DNA of 48,082 nt from Campylobacterales bacterium. GTDB lineage: Bacteria > Campylobacterota > Campylobacteria > Campylobacterales > JALSKU01. Below are positions 25,930 through 34,400 of the stretch, piece by piece; position 1 is the first letter of the stretch; every line of letters begins with the position of its first letter. The notes beneath the pieces were generated by a model. The model had not been told where the DNA came from. It worked only from the letters and a program-made list of their open reading frames with translations, and ran no database searches. A program made the position numbers and the translations under genes. The stretch covers positions 1-48,082 of the forward strand of contig JALSKU010000153.1 in NCBI GenBank assembly GCA_026988685.1, written 5' to 3'.

Positions 25930-27312
25930 ATGCAAAATTTTACCGAGTTAGAGAGAATAGATCCGATAAGAAGAGGATCAAACGAGAGGATAAAAGATTA
26001 TAAAGAGATATACGATATATTTAAAACTCCGGATGCTGCTTCTCAGGCAGAGAGATGTATCCAATGTGGTGATCCATACTGTCACAACAAGTGTCCTTTG
26101 CACAACTATATACCTTTTTGGTTAAAAGCTACCGCAGAGGTTAACAAAGAGTTGGCATTTAAGCTTTCAAACGAGACCAATCCTTACCCTGAGATAACAG
26201 GTAGGATTTGCCCTCATGACAGACTTTGTGAAGGGGACTGCACTCTTAACCAAGATGGTTTTGGGGCTATAACTATAGGTTCGATTGAAACTTATATATC
26301 CGAAAATGGTTTCAAGCATGGTTTAAAGCCTTATTTTCCCGGAGTTACAAGCAAAAAAAGGATAGCCATTATAGGTAGCGGACCGGCTGGTATGAGTGTA
26401 GCAACTTATCTTTTAAGAGCAGGAGTAGGGGTAGATATGTATGAAAAAGCTCCAAGACCCGGCGGACTTTTAACTTACGGCATACCAAACTTTAAGCTTG
26501 ATAAAAAGATAGTAGAGAGACGGTATGAGTGGTTGGTTGAGGCAGGTCTTAATTTGACTCTTAATTGTGAAGTAGGAAAAGATATAACTTTTGCAGAGAT
26601 TTCTCAAAAGTGTGATGGTATTTTTATAGGTATTGGAGCTCAAAAACCAAGAAGAGCCAACATCTTAAATGAAGATGCCAAAGGAACTCTAAAAGCTTTG
26701 GACTTTTTAGTAAATATTCAAAAAAAGCTTTTTGGCGAAGAGATAGATAGCAAATATATCGTAAAAGATAAAAGTGTAGTAGTTATAGGCGGTGGCGATA
26801 CTGCTATGGATTGCGTTAGAACCTCCATAAGAGAGGGTGCTAAGAGCGTTAAATGCCTCTATAGAAGAGATAGAGCAAATATGCCGGGAAGCAGAAAAGA
26901 GATAAAAAATGCTTATGATGAAGGAGTAGAATTTGTTTTTAACGCTTCTCCAAAAGAGGTTGTGGTCAATAGCGATGAAAAAGTGATAGCAATCGAAATG
27001 CAAAAGACAATGCTTAGCGATAAAGATAGTAGCGGAAGACAAAAGGTTGAGATAGTAAAAGGTGCCGATTTTAGAGTTGAGGCGGATGTTATTATATTTT
27101 CTTTGGGATTTACACCCGAAGTTCCCTCATTTTTGGCTGGAAACGGCATAGAAGTTGATAAATGGGGCGGTATCGTTATAAATGAAAAGTATGAGACAAG
27201 CAAGAAGGGCATTTTCGCCGGAGGCGATTGTCATAGAGGAGCTGATTTGGTCGTAAGGGCAGCTAACGACGGTAAAGAGGCAGCACACTACATACTTGAA
27301 AGTTTAAAGTAG
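25930..27312 (+). CDS. gltD: Glutamate synthase small subunit (NADPH-dependent)
   Basis: Fe-S Cys clusters (CIQCGDPYCHNKCP) and two dinucleotide-binding motifs (IAIIGSGPAG, VVVIGGGDTAMD). The ATG at 25930 (MQNFTELERIDP) is preferred over 25915 because a GAGGGAG Shine-Dalgarno precedes it. Confidence 0.9.
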   Translation: MQNFTELERIDPIRRGSNERIKDYKEIYDIFKTPDAASQAERCIQCGDPYCHNKCPLHNYIPFWLKATAEVNKELAFKLSNETNPYPEITGRICPHDRLCEGDCTLNQDGFGAITIGSIETYISENGFKHGLKPYFPGVTSKKRIAIIGSGPAGMSVATYLLRAGVGVDMYEKAPRPGGLLTYGIPNFKLDKKIVERRYEWLVEAGLNLTLNCEVGKDITFAEISQKCDGIFIGIGAQKPRRANILNEDAKGTLKALDFLVNIQKKLFGEEIDSKYIVKDKSVVVIGGGDTAMDCVRTSIREGAKSVKCLYRRDRANMPGSRKEIKNAYDEGVEFVFNASPKEVVVNSDEKVIAIEMQKTMLSDKDSSGRQKVEIVKGADFRVEADVIIFSLGFTPEVPSFLAGNGIEVDKWGGIVINEKYETSKKGIFAGGDCHRGADLVVRAANDGKEAAHYILESLK

Positions 27313-27313
27313 T

Positions 27314-28021
27314 ATGGAGTTTATCTTCCAAGCGATTAAAGCCTGTAAAGAGGTAAAAACACTGCTAGAGAGTAGTGAAAAGTCCCTAAAAAAGAGGCTG
27401 GAAATTGGTGCGGGGGGAGATGTAAGTAGAGTCGCAGATATAGAGGCTGAGAAAATTTTTATAAAACATTTGGGAAGGTTTGGAAAGATTATTTCAGAAG
27501 AGTCCGGAGTTATAGGCTTTGGCGAAGATGAGATAGTTTTGGATCCGCTTGATGGAAGTGATAATTATATATCTGATCTTCCATATTACGGGTGTTCTAT
27601 AGCTTATAAAAAAAAGAGTCAAGTAGTAGCATCTGTAGTAGCTAATTTTGCAAATGGTGATATTTTTATAAAGAGCGATAATAAAATAGAAAAAGCAAAA
27701 TTGGATAACCCTGTTTTTTCAGAAATTATAAGGGATGATTATGCTACAATAGGTATATATGAAAGGGCTTATGCCTCTAAAAGATATATTTATGAGATTA
27801 ATAAGTTGGGATTAAAATATAGAAGTCCCGGTGCTTTGGCGCTATCTTTGGCGTATGCTCACTATTTTAGATTTGTGCTATTTGAAGGAAGAGTAAGATC
27901 TTATGATATTGAAGCGGGTCTTCATATGTGCAGTGACTTAAATATATATAGAAGTAGCGATTTTTTGATAGTTTCAAGAGATAAATTGCTATTTGAACAA
28001 TTAAAAGAGGTTACAAAATGA
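27314..28021 (+). CDS. Inositol monophosphatase-family phosphatase
   Basis: 235 aa with the family metal-binding motifs ISEESG and LDPLDGSDNY. Confidence 0.65.
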   Translation: MEFIFQAIKACKEVKTLLESSEKSLKKRLEIGAGGDVSRVADIEAEKIFIKHLGRFGKIISEESGVIGFGEDEIVLDPLDGSDNYISDLPYYGCSIAYKKKSQVVASVVANFANGDIFIKSDNKIEKAKLDNPVFSEIIRDDYATIGIYERAYASKRYIYEINKLGLKYRSPGALALSLAYAHYFRFVLFEGRVRSYDIEAGLHMCSDLNIYRSSDFLIVSRDKLLFEQLKEVTK

Positions 28022-28875
28022 ACTTTGGCAATATTTTTAGTAAAATAAGAAGGCAACAACCTACAAAAGATGAGGCACCAAGCCATTGGGTCAAGTGTAA
28101 AGCTTGTAATTCATTAATGTATTATAAAGAGGTTGAGAATCTCTTAAATGTTTGCCCTAAATGTAATTTTCATATGAGAATAACAGCTGACAAAAGAATA
28201 CAAATGTTGGCTGACGAGGGAACTTTTAAAGAGTATGATGCAAACTTAGAGCCTAATGACCCTCTTAATTTTGTTGATAAAAAGTCATACAAAAAGAGGA
28301 TAAAAGAGAATGAAGAGAAAACCGGTAGAAAATCATCAGCTATCAGTGGAGAGTGTTTGATAGATGGCAAAGAGGTTCAGCTTGTTGTTTTTGACTTCTC
28401 TTTTATGGGTGGAAGTTTGGGCTCTGTTGAGGGTGAAAAGATAGTAAGAGCTATCAATAGAGCCATTGAAAAAAGAGACCCTCTTGTGATAGTAAGTGCA
28501 AGCGGAGGGGCTAGGATGCAAGAGAGTACATTTTCTCTTTTGCAAATGTCAAAAACCTCTGCCGCTCTGGCTAAGCTTGATGATGCAGGACTTCCTTATA
28601 TATCTGTTCTAACCGATCCTACCATGGGGGGAGTTAGTGCATCTTTTGCCTGGCTTGGAGATATCATCATAGCTGAACCAAAAGCCCTGATAGGCTTTGC
28701 AGGACAAAGGGTTATAAAGCAAACAATTGGAGCTGATCTGCCTGAGGGTTTCCAAAGATCAGAGTTTTTGCTCGAACATGGGCTGATAGATATGATAGTT
28801 CAAAGAAGTGAGTTGAAAAAAACCATAAGTGATTTTATAACATTTTTCTCTAAAGAAGATAAAGAAGTTGCATAA
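28018..28875 (+). CDS. accD: Acetyl-CoA carboxylase carboxyltransferase beta subunit
   Basis: N-terminal Zn ribbon (CKACNS...CPKCNFH) and the carboxyltransferase core (FSFMGGSLGSVEGEKI, SASGGARMQE). Confidence 0.9.
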   Translation: MNFGNIFSKIRRQQPTKDEAPSHWVKCKACNSLMYYKEVENLLNVCPKCNFHMRITADKRIQMLADEGTFKEYDANLEPNDPLNFVDKKSYKKRIKENEEKTGRKSSAISGECLIDGKEVQLVVFDFSFMGGSLGSVEGEKIVRAINRAIEKRDPLVIVSASGGARMQESTFSLLQMSKTSAALAKLDDAGLPYISVLTDPTMGGVSASFAWLGDIIIAEPKALIGFAGQRVIKQTIGADLPEGFQRSEFLLEHGLIDMIVQRSELKKTISDFITFFSKEDKEVA

Positions 28876-29326
28876 GATAGATATATATACCATAGAAAAA
28901 GAGGAGTTTGACGAGTATAAAAAGATAGAAGAGAAATATAAAAAGATGATGGGTAAGTTTGCTAAAGTTAGGCACTTTGAACTGTTTAACAAATCTGTTG
29001 CAGCATCCCAAAAAACCGGAAGAGATGAAGCAAGAGCTTGTTATAGTGAGATTTATACCAAAAAATTAGGTAGATTTAACATATGTCTTGATGAAAATGG
29101 CAGATCGTTAGATAGTATAGGTTTTAGTAAAATCTTTGAAAGAGAGGGCGATATAAGGTTTTTTATAGGTGGAGCTTATGGATTTGAGGATAGTTTTATC
29201 AAAAAGTGCGATATGAGTTTGTCTTTATCAAAGATGACTTTTTCTCATAAAATAGCAAAAATTGTCCTTTTTGAACAGATCTATAGAGCTTTAACGATTG
29301 TAAATGCTCATCCATATCATAAGTAG
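28868..29326 (+). CDS. rlmH: 23S rRNA (pseudouridine1915-N3)-methyltransferase RlmH
   Basis: 152 aa with a TTG start. It contains FFIGGAYGF and the SPOUT C-terminus (LSLSKMTFSHKIAKIVLFEQIYRALTIVNAHPYHK). Confidence 0.8.
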   Translation: MHKIDIYTIEKEEFDEYKKIEEKYKKMMGKFAKVRHFELFNKSVAASQKTGRDEARACYSEIYTKKLGRFNICLDENGRSLDSIGFSKIFEREGDIRFFIGGAYGFEDSFIKKCDMSLSLSKMTFSHKIAKIVLFEQIYRALTIVNAHPYHK

Positions 29327-29383
29327 ATTTATAAAAAAGTGTAAGCACTATTTTATAAATCTATAAAATTATAAGGAGTATTG

Positions 29384-29734
29384 GTGAAAGAGAGTGATTT
29401 GAGATTTTTTGAGAGTTTGCTTGATGCAAGAAAAGAGCAGATCCAAAACAATATAAACAGCGCACTAAGAGATATGCAGGATTTGCAAAAAACAGACTTG
29501 TCAGATGAAGCTGATCATGCCTCTGTTAGTTCGGATAGACTTACAAAACACGCTATAAATAAACAGCAAGCACTTGAGCTAAGAGAGATAGAGTATGCCA
29601 AAAATAAGATAAGAGATGGAAGATATGGTATCTGTGAAATGTGTGAAGAGAATATATCTTTTCAAAGATTAAAAGTAAAACCTCATGCAAAATATTGTAT
29701 AGTATGCAGAGAGATTGTAGAAAAACAAAATTAA
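29384..29734 (+). CDS. dksA: DksA/TraR-family C4 zinc-finger protein
   Basis: A coiled-coil N-terminus followed by CEMCEENISFQRLKVKPHAKYCIVC. The GTG at 29384 lies 5 nt after AAGGAG. Confidence 0.7.
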   Translation: MKESDLRFFESLLDARKEQIQNNINSALRDMQDLQKTDLSDEADHASVSSDRLTKHAINKQQALELREIEYAKNKIRDGRYGICEMCEENISFQRLKVKPHAKYCIVCREIVEKQN

Positions 29735-29744
29735 AGGGTAAGCT

Positions 29745-30758
29745 ATGGGTTTAAGAAAATATCTCATTTTTTCACTGATTTTTATAGTTTTAGTCGGAGC
29801 ATATATCTATAGTATCAATGGTGATACATATACGCTGACACTCTTTGGAGTATCGATAACACTGCATATTGCTTTATGGGTTATTTTGCCTGCAGCTATT
29901 TTGTTGATAGCTTCGGTATTACATATGATCTACTATGGCTTCAAAGATTATCTAAGTCAAAGGAATTTAAAAAAAGATTATAAAAACTTTATATCCCAGA
30001 TAAGGTCACAGTTTTTGGCTGAACCAATTAGTATCAACTATAGTAGCGAAATGTATAAACTACCTGCCAAATTGATAAAACTCTTCAAGTTTGATCCTGA
30101 TAAAGAGGTGAAAGACTTGGGAGATAACGATTTCAATGAGATAGTTGAGAACTTAAAAAAGATAGAAAATGGTGAAGTGGTTGATCTTAAAAAATATAAA
30201 CTTTCGAAAGATAACTATTATGTTAAGAAAAATAGCATAAATGAGATGAAAAAGGATAGTAAAAAGGCTGAATCACTACTCAAAAATTGTAATGATAAAG
30301 AGGATGAACTTTGCAAAGAAGCTTTTGAGATGTATATTAACCAGGCTAGCAGTTATGAAGACATCAAAAGATTTGGCTTTGAAATAGATAGGGCTATGTT
30401 TGTTAAACTACTCAATAGATTTGAAGATCAAAACGACTCTTTTAAATTTGGTATTGATGATCTTATAGAGTTATTTGGCAAATTTGATTTTGATAAAGCC
30501 TCATATCTTAACTATGCCAAAAAGATAAAAACACTACTAAATCCAGAAGCTGCACTTACCCTTTTTGAGAGGATTTCTAGTGAAAAAGATAGTGCAATGC
30601 AAGCCTACTTGTACCTACTTTTTGAGTTTGGAATGATTGATAAAGCAAGGGAAATATTGGAAAATATGGATAAAAAAGAGTGTGAGAAATTTAGATATTT
30701 TCTATACCTAAGAGATAGCGGCAAAAATTTTGATATAGATATATTTTTTGATATATGA
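29745..30758 (+). CDS. Hypothetical membrane-anchored protein (two N-terminal TM segments, helical C-terminal domain)
   Basis: 337-aa ORF with N-terminal TM segments (LIFSLIFIVLVGAYIY and ALWVILPAAILLIASVLHMIYY). I recognised no catalytic motif. Confidence 0.5.
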   Translation: MGLRKYLIFSLIFIVLVGAYIYSINGDTYTLTLFGVSITLHIALWVILPAAILLIASVLHMIYYGFKDYLSQRNLKKDYKNFISQIRSQFLAEPISINYSSEMYKLPAKLIKLFKFDPDKEVKDLGDNDFNEIVENLKKIENGEVVDLKKYKLSKDNYYVKKNSINEMKKDSKKAESLLKNCNDKEDELCKEAFEMYINQASSYEDIKRFGFEIDRAMFVKLLNRFEDQNDSFKFGIDDLIELFGKFDFDKASYLNYAKKIKTLLNPEAALTLFERISSEKDSAMQAYLYLLFEFGMIDKAREILENMDKKECEKFRYFLYLRDSGKNFDIDIFFDI

Positions 30759-31687
30759 TAGATTTTTCAAAAAAAGATATGCTCTTTTTGGCGCCTCTTG
30801 CCGGTTTTACAGACCTTCCTTTTAGGAGAGTTGTTAAAAAATTTGGAGCTGATGTTACAATTAGTGAAATGATTAGCTCCAATGCTCTAGTGTATGCTTC
30901 AAAGAAAACATATAAAATGATTCAAAAAGCAGATAATGAAACTCCATACATAGTCCAAATTGCCGGAAATGATCCAAAGATAATAAAAGAGGCTGTTCTC
31001 ATACTAAATGATATGGAAGGGATTGACGGTATTGATCTAAATTGTGGCTGTCCTGTGCCAAAAGTTGTCAAGCAGGGCAGTGGTAGTGCACTTTTAAATG
31101 ACTTGCCCAAAATGGCAAAAATCATCGAAACTATAAAAAAACAGTCCAATAAAAGATATACTTCTGTTAAGTCGAGGCTTGGTTTTAGTGAAAAAAAGGC
31201 TTCCTTGATAGCAAAAGTTTGTGAAGAGAGTGGGGCTGATTTTGTAACATTTCACGCTAGGACTAGGGGTGATGCATATAAAAAGGATAGGATTGACTAC
31301 AATGAGATAAAAGAGGCAAAGTGTGCCGTAAATATCCCTGTTGTTGCCAATGGCGATATAGACAGCTTTAATAAATATAAACTTGTAAAAGAGTTAACGG
31401 GTGCTGATGCCATCATGATAGGTAGAGGTGCGGTTGGCAATCCTTGGATATTTTATCAGATAAAAACTGGAAGCAGCTCTCTGAAAAAAGAGAAGATAAA
31501 AGAGATAGTGTTAGAGCATTTTGATAGCATGGTAGAGTTTTATGGAGAAAGGGCAGTATCTCTATTTAGAAAACATATCCACTCCTACTCTAAAAATTTT
31601 CCAAATGCAACCTCATTTAGAGATAAAATTAATAGAATTGAAGATATTGATTTGGCTAGAGAGTATATAATGGAATTTTTTAACTGA
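30755..31687 (+). CDS. dusB: tRNA-dihydrouridine synthase
   Basis: LAPLAGFTDLPFRRVVKKFGADVTISEMIS, IDLNCGCPVPKV and HARTR are Dus-family FMN/TIM-barrel motifs. Confidence 0.85.
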   Translation: MIDFSKKDMLFLAPLAGFTDLPFRRVVKKFGADVTISEMISSNALVYASKKTYKMIQKADNETPYIVQIAGNDPKIIKEAVLILNDMEGIDGIDLNCGCPVPKVVKQGSGSALLNDLPKMAKIIETIKKQSNKRYTSVKSRLGFSEKKASLIAKVCEESGADFVTFHARTRGDAYKKDRIDYNEIKEAKCAVNIPVVANGDIDSFNKYKLVKELTGADAIMIGRGAVGNPWIFYQIKTGSSSLKKEKIKEIVLEHFDSMVEFYGERAVSLFRKHIHSYSKNFPNATSFRDKINRIEDIDLAREYIMEFFN

Positions 31688-31952
31688 TGTTACGCACCCA
31701 AAGCACACCTTAACAAATAGAGAAAGTGTTAGATTTGTTCAAAAAATTCTGAGGGCTACTTAATAGTAACTTGATGAATTTTTTGGATAAAGATAATGCT
31801 TTATCTATTTGCCCTTTGGGTAAAACAATAAAAGGCTTATTACTTCGTTAGAGTTTTTCATCTTATCAATGCAAAAGGATTTCAAAACTCTGCCTCGTAC
31901 TAAACCTTTTATTGTTTTATTAAGGTATGTTTTGGGTGCGTAACATCAGTTA
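31681..31952. repeat. MITE-like or structured element of about 272 bp, bounded by 32-nt terminal inverted repeats
   Basis: TAACTGATGTTACGCACCCAAAGCACACCTTA (31681-31712) pairs with TAAGGTATGTTTTGGGTGCGTAACATCAGTTA (31921-31952) with 30 of 32 positions complementary. Two further long stems lie inside: 31714-31726 with 31799-31811, and the arms 31821-31857 and 31884-31919. There is no ORF with an RBS. The left repeat overlaps the dus stop codon. Confidence 0.5.
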
Positions 31953-31962
31953 TTAACTAATT

Positions 31963-32829
31963 TTACTTCTCTATATCCTCTATATCCAAGCTAGCCTTGT
32001 CTCTGTAGGTAGATAGATTGTCACTTCCGACTTTTAGAAATTCATCTAATTTTTGTCTGTTTCTTGCAAAAATTTTCTCAAACTCTTCATTTTCATTATC
32101 TTCTTGCATAGGGGTGTCATCACTGCTGAATTTATCAAGCAGTTGGTTGGATGAGCCTGTTAGTATGAGGTATTTTCTATCTTTATAAGACAAAAGCAAG
32201 ACGCTGTTTTTTGTATCTATAGGTTTTCTATATAAAATTTTAACTTCATTACTGTTTATGTTACTATTTCCAAAAAGCCACTTTTGAGATGATGTCCCGT
32301 TTACTCTTTTTTTAACCAGCCATAAAACAGCTAGTAGAAAAAGTAGTATAAGTATGACTACATAGTATCGTAAGTCGCCATAGTAGCTAGTATCGGTTTT
32401 TATACTTTTATCAAGGATGCTGTTTTGTCCTTTGTGATTTGGTGTTATATTAAAATTCTCTTTTTTGGTACCGTTTTGCGGTAAAGCTCTTAATCTTAGT
32501 CCGAACCCATCTGTGGTTTTTGAAGCTATGATATTTATCTTTTTTTTACTTGTTAAGATGATTTTGATATTTTTATCTTGAGGAACTATTTTCATCTGCT
32601 CTAAGATGGGTGAGTTTATATTTTTGGTTACCGTTTTATTGAAAAAAATATTATTTAGTATGATATTGAAAGTATTACCCTCTTTTTTTAAAAATATCTT
32701 GCCGTTGTATGGAGTATCAAAAGAGAGCATTATATCAACTCTGTCCTCTCTGTCATAGGTATTGTATGTTAGCAGAGTTGTAGAAAAAAGAGAAACACAA
32801 AGGAGTAAAAGTGCAAAAATAGTTTTCAA
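31963..32829 (-). CDS. Membrane protein downstream of fliN; possibly the long epsilonproteobacterial form of FliO
   Basis: 288 aa with a signal peptide, a periplasmic N-terminal region, a single TM segment (YVVILILLFLLAVLWLV) and a cytoplasmic tail. Its start overlaps the fliN stop by 4 nt. The FliO assignment rests on position and topology only: H. pylori and C. jejuni have a FliO-like gene after fliN. Confidence 0.35.
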   Translation of the reverse strand: MKTIFALLLLCVSLFSTTLLTYNTYDREDRVDIMLSFDTPYNGKIFLKKEGNTFNIILNNIFFNKTVTKNINSPILEQMKIVPQDKNIKIILTSKKKINIIASKTTDGFGLRLRALPQNGTKKENFNITPNHKGQNSILDKSIKTDTSYYGDLRYYVVILILLFLLAVLWLVKKRVNGTSSQKWLFGNSNINSNEVKILYRKPIDTKNSVLLLSYKDRKYLILTGSSNQLLDKFSSDDTPMQEDNENEEFEKIFARNRQKLDEFLKVGSDNLSTYRDKASLDIEDIEK

Positions 32830-33125
32830 GTTAGCTCCTTGCTAAAGTATTGAATGACCGATTTGGAATCAAGTATCTCATTTATCCTGACGGCTAAGTT
32901 TTTTTCATAAACCATAACTTCGCCTTTTCCTATGATTTTGTTGTTTATAAAAAGTTCTACACTTTCACCGGCAGGCTTTTGAAGGTCTATGACCGAGCCT
33001 TTTTGAAGCTTTAATATCTCCTCTATAGGAAGTGAAGTTGACCCTAGTTGTGAAGTAAATACAACAGTTATATCATCAAGTTTTTCATATTGGGATTTAT
33101 CAAAATTTTCTTCTATGTTTTCCAC
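32826..33125 (-). CDS. fliN: Flagellar motor switch protein FliN
   Basis: 99 aa with a SpoA/FliN domain: LGSTSLPIEEILKLQKGSVIDLQKPAGESVELFINNKIIGKGEVMVYEKNLAVRINEI. Confidence 0.85.
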   Translation of the reverse strand: MENIEENFDKSQYEKLDDITVVFTSQLGSTSLPIEEILKLQKGSVIDLQKPAGESVELFINNKIIGKGEVMVYEKNLAVRINEILDSKSVIQYFSKELT

Positions 33126-33557
33126 CTAGTTTTCCTCGATTGCTACTACAAAACAGTTGTTTTTTACCTTCATGGGTATTAACTCCTGCGCATTTAAAGA
33201 GCCTGTATCTTTAATGATACCTAGATATTCCGGTGTTGAGAGTGTATAGCTAGACTTTTTATCATACTCTTCTAGCATCGTTTTTGCAGTTCCCGCTATC
33301 AAGTTGGCTGACTCTTTTAGAACATCAGTTATCGTATCGTCATCAGGATTTTCTTCAAATAACAAAAGTTCACATATTAGATTTGCTGTTCTTTTTTTAA
33401 AAAGAAAAATAAAGTCAAAAATTTCATCATTTTTGTATATAGATATTTTAGAACAAAGCATATTTTTAAACTGATGGGTTTTGCACTCATTTATCTCTAA
33501 ACCAAGAACATTTGTAAAGAAATTATTGCTGGCATCTTTTATATATTTTGAAAGCAC
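33126..33557 (-). CDS. CheX/CheC-like domain protein immediately upstream of fliN
   Basis: The pattern FFTNVLGLEI...ESANLIAGTAKTML resembles CheX-family proteins. A GTG start at 33557 (GAGG lies 6 nt upstream) is preferred to the ATG at 33596, whose N-terminal extension looks non-native. Confidence 0.4.
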   Translation of the reverse strand: MLSKYIKDASNNFFTNVLGLEINECKTHQFKNMLCSKISIYKNDEIFDFIFLFKKRTANLICELLLFEENPDDDTITDVLKESANLIAGTAKTMLEEYDKKSSYTLSTPEYLGIIKDTGSLNAQELIPMKVKNNCFVVAIEEN

Positions 33558-33662
33558 TGTAAACCTCGAAAATAAAATTTTATATAGTATACACAATATA
33601 ATTTAAATAATCGTTTAAAAGAAATAATAGTATCATGCATTTTTTAGTTACAAGGGGATTCG

Positions 33663-34400
33663 ATGACTCTTTTTTTGGCAATTATTGGCGTATTTATAGG
33701 TTTTTTATCGGGATTTTTTGCTATAGGAGGCGGGACTATGTTGGTTCCGGTTCTGTTGATGGCAGGATATGATATAAAATTTGCTATAGGTATATCTGTT
33801 ACACAGATGGCTTTTAGCTCTCTTTTTGGCTCATATCTAAACTATAAAAAAGGTGTTTTAAATCTAAAAAACTCTATAGCTGTGGGCGTAGGCGGTTTTT
33901 TTGGTGCGGCAAATAGTGGATATATAGTAAAACATTTGTCATCAAAAATTTTGACTGTTATATTTTTATCTTTTGTGATTTTGGCAATCTACCGCTTTTT
34001 TAAATCCCCGAATGTAAGCGATAAAAAGGAGATAAACAATAACTTTCTCCTTTTTGTTATAGGCTATTTTGTTGGAACAATCTCTATAAGCGTGGGTATA
34101 GGCGGGGCGTTACTTATAACTCCTATACTTGTAGGATTTTTACATTTTCCTTTGAAAAAAGCACTATCAAGTGCGCTTTTTTTTGTTATCTTCTCTTCGG
34201 TTTCAGGATTTATCTCTTTGGCGATAAATGGATATGTGCACTATTATGATGGTTTTATAGTTGGACTTTTCTCTTTGGTGGGTGTCTATTTTGGTATAAT
34301 GCTTTCGCATAAGACAGAACATAAAAGACATAAAAAGCTACTGCTTATTTTTTATGTTGTTATTTTGATTTTGATTTTGAAAAAACTTTTTGGAGTGTAA
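33663..34400 (+). CDS. TauE/SafE-family (DUF81) anion exporter membrane protein
   Basis: 245 aa, polytopic, with the duplicated motif GFLSGFFAIGGGTMLVPVL / VGIGGALLITPIL. Confidence 0.8.
   Translation: MTLFLAIIGVFIGFLSGFFAIGGGTMLVPVLLMAGYDIKFAIGISVTQMAFSSLFGSYLNYKKGVLNLKNSIAVGVGGFFGAANSGYIVKHLSSKILTVIFLSFVILAIYRFFKSPNVSDKKEINNNFLLFVIGYFVGTISISVGIGGALLITPILVGFLHFPLKKALSSALFFVIFSSVSGFISLAINGYVHYYDGFIVGLFSLVGVYFGIMLSHKTEHKRHKKLLLIFYVVILILILKKLFGV

Noticed and set aside
29326-29361. An 11-bp perfect hairpin (GATTTATAAAA ... TTTTATAAATC) after rlmH as an intrinsic terminator
   Set aside because: The stem is almost entirely A/T, the loop is 14 nt and no U-tract follows. It is thermodynamically weak, and in DNA this AT-rich such a palindrome could arise by chance. 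It could still be a protein-binding palindrome, but the evidence is insufficient.
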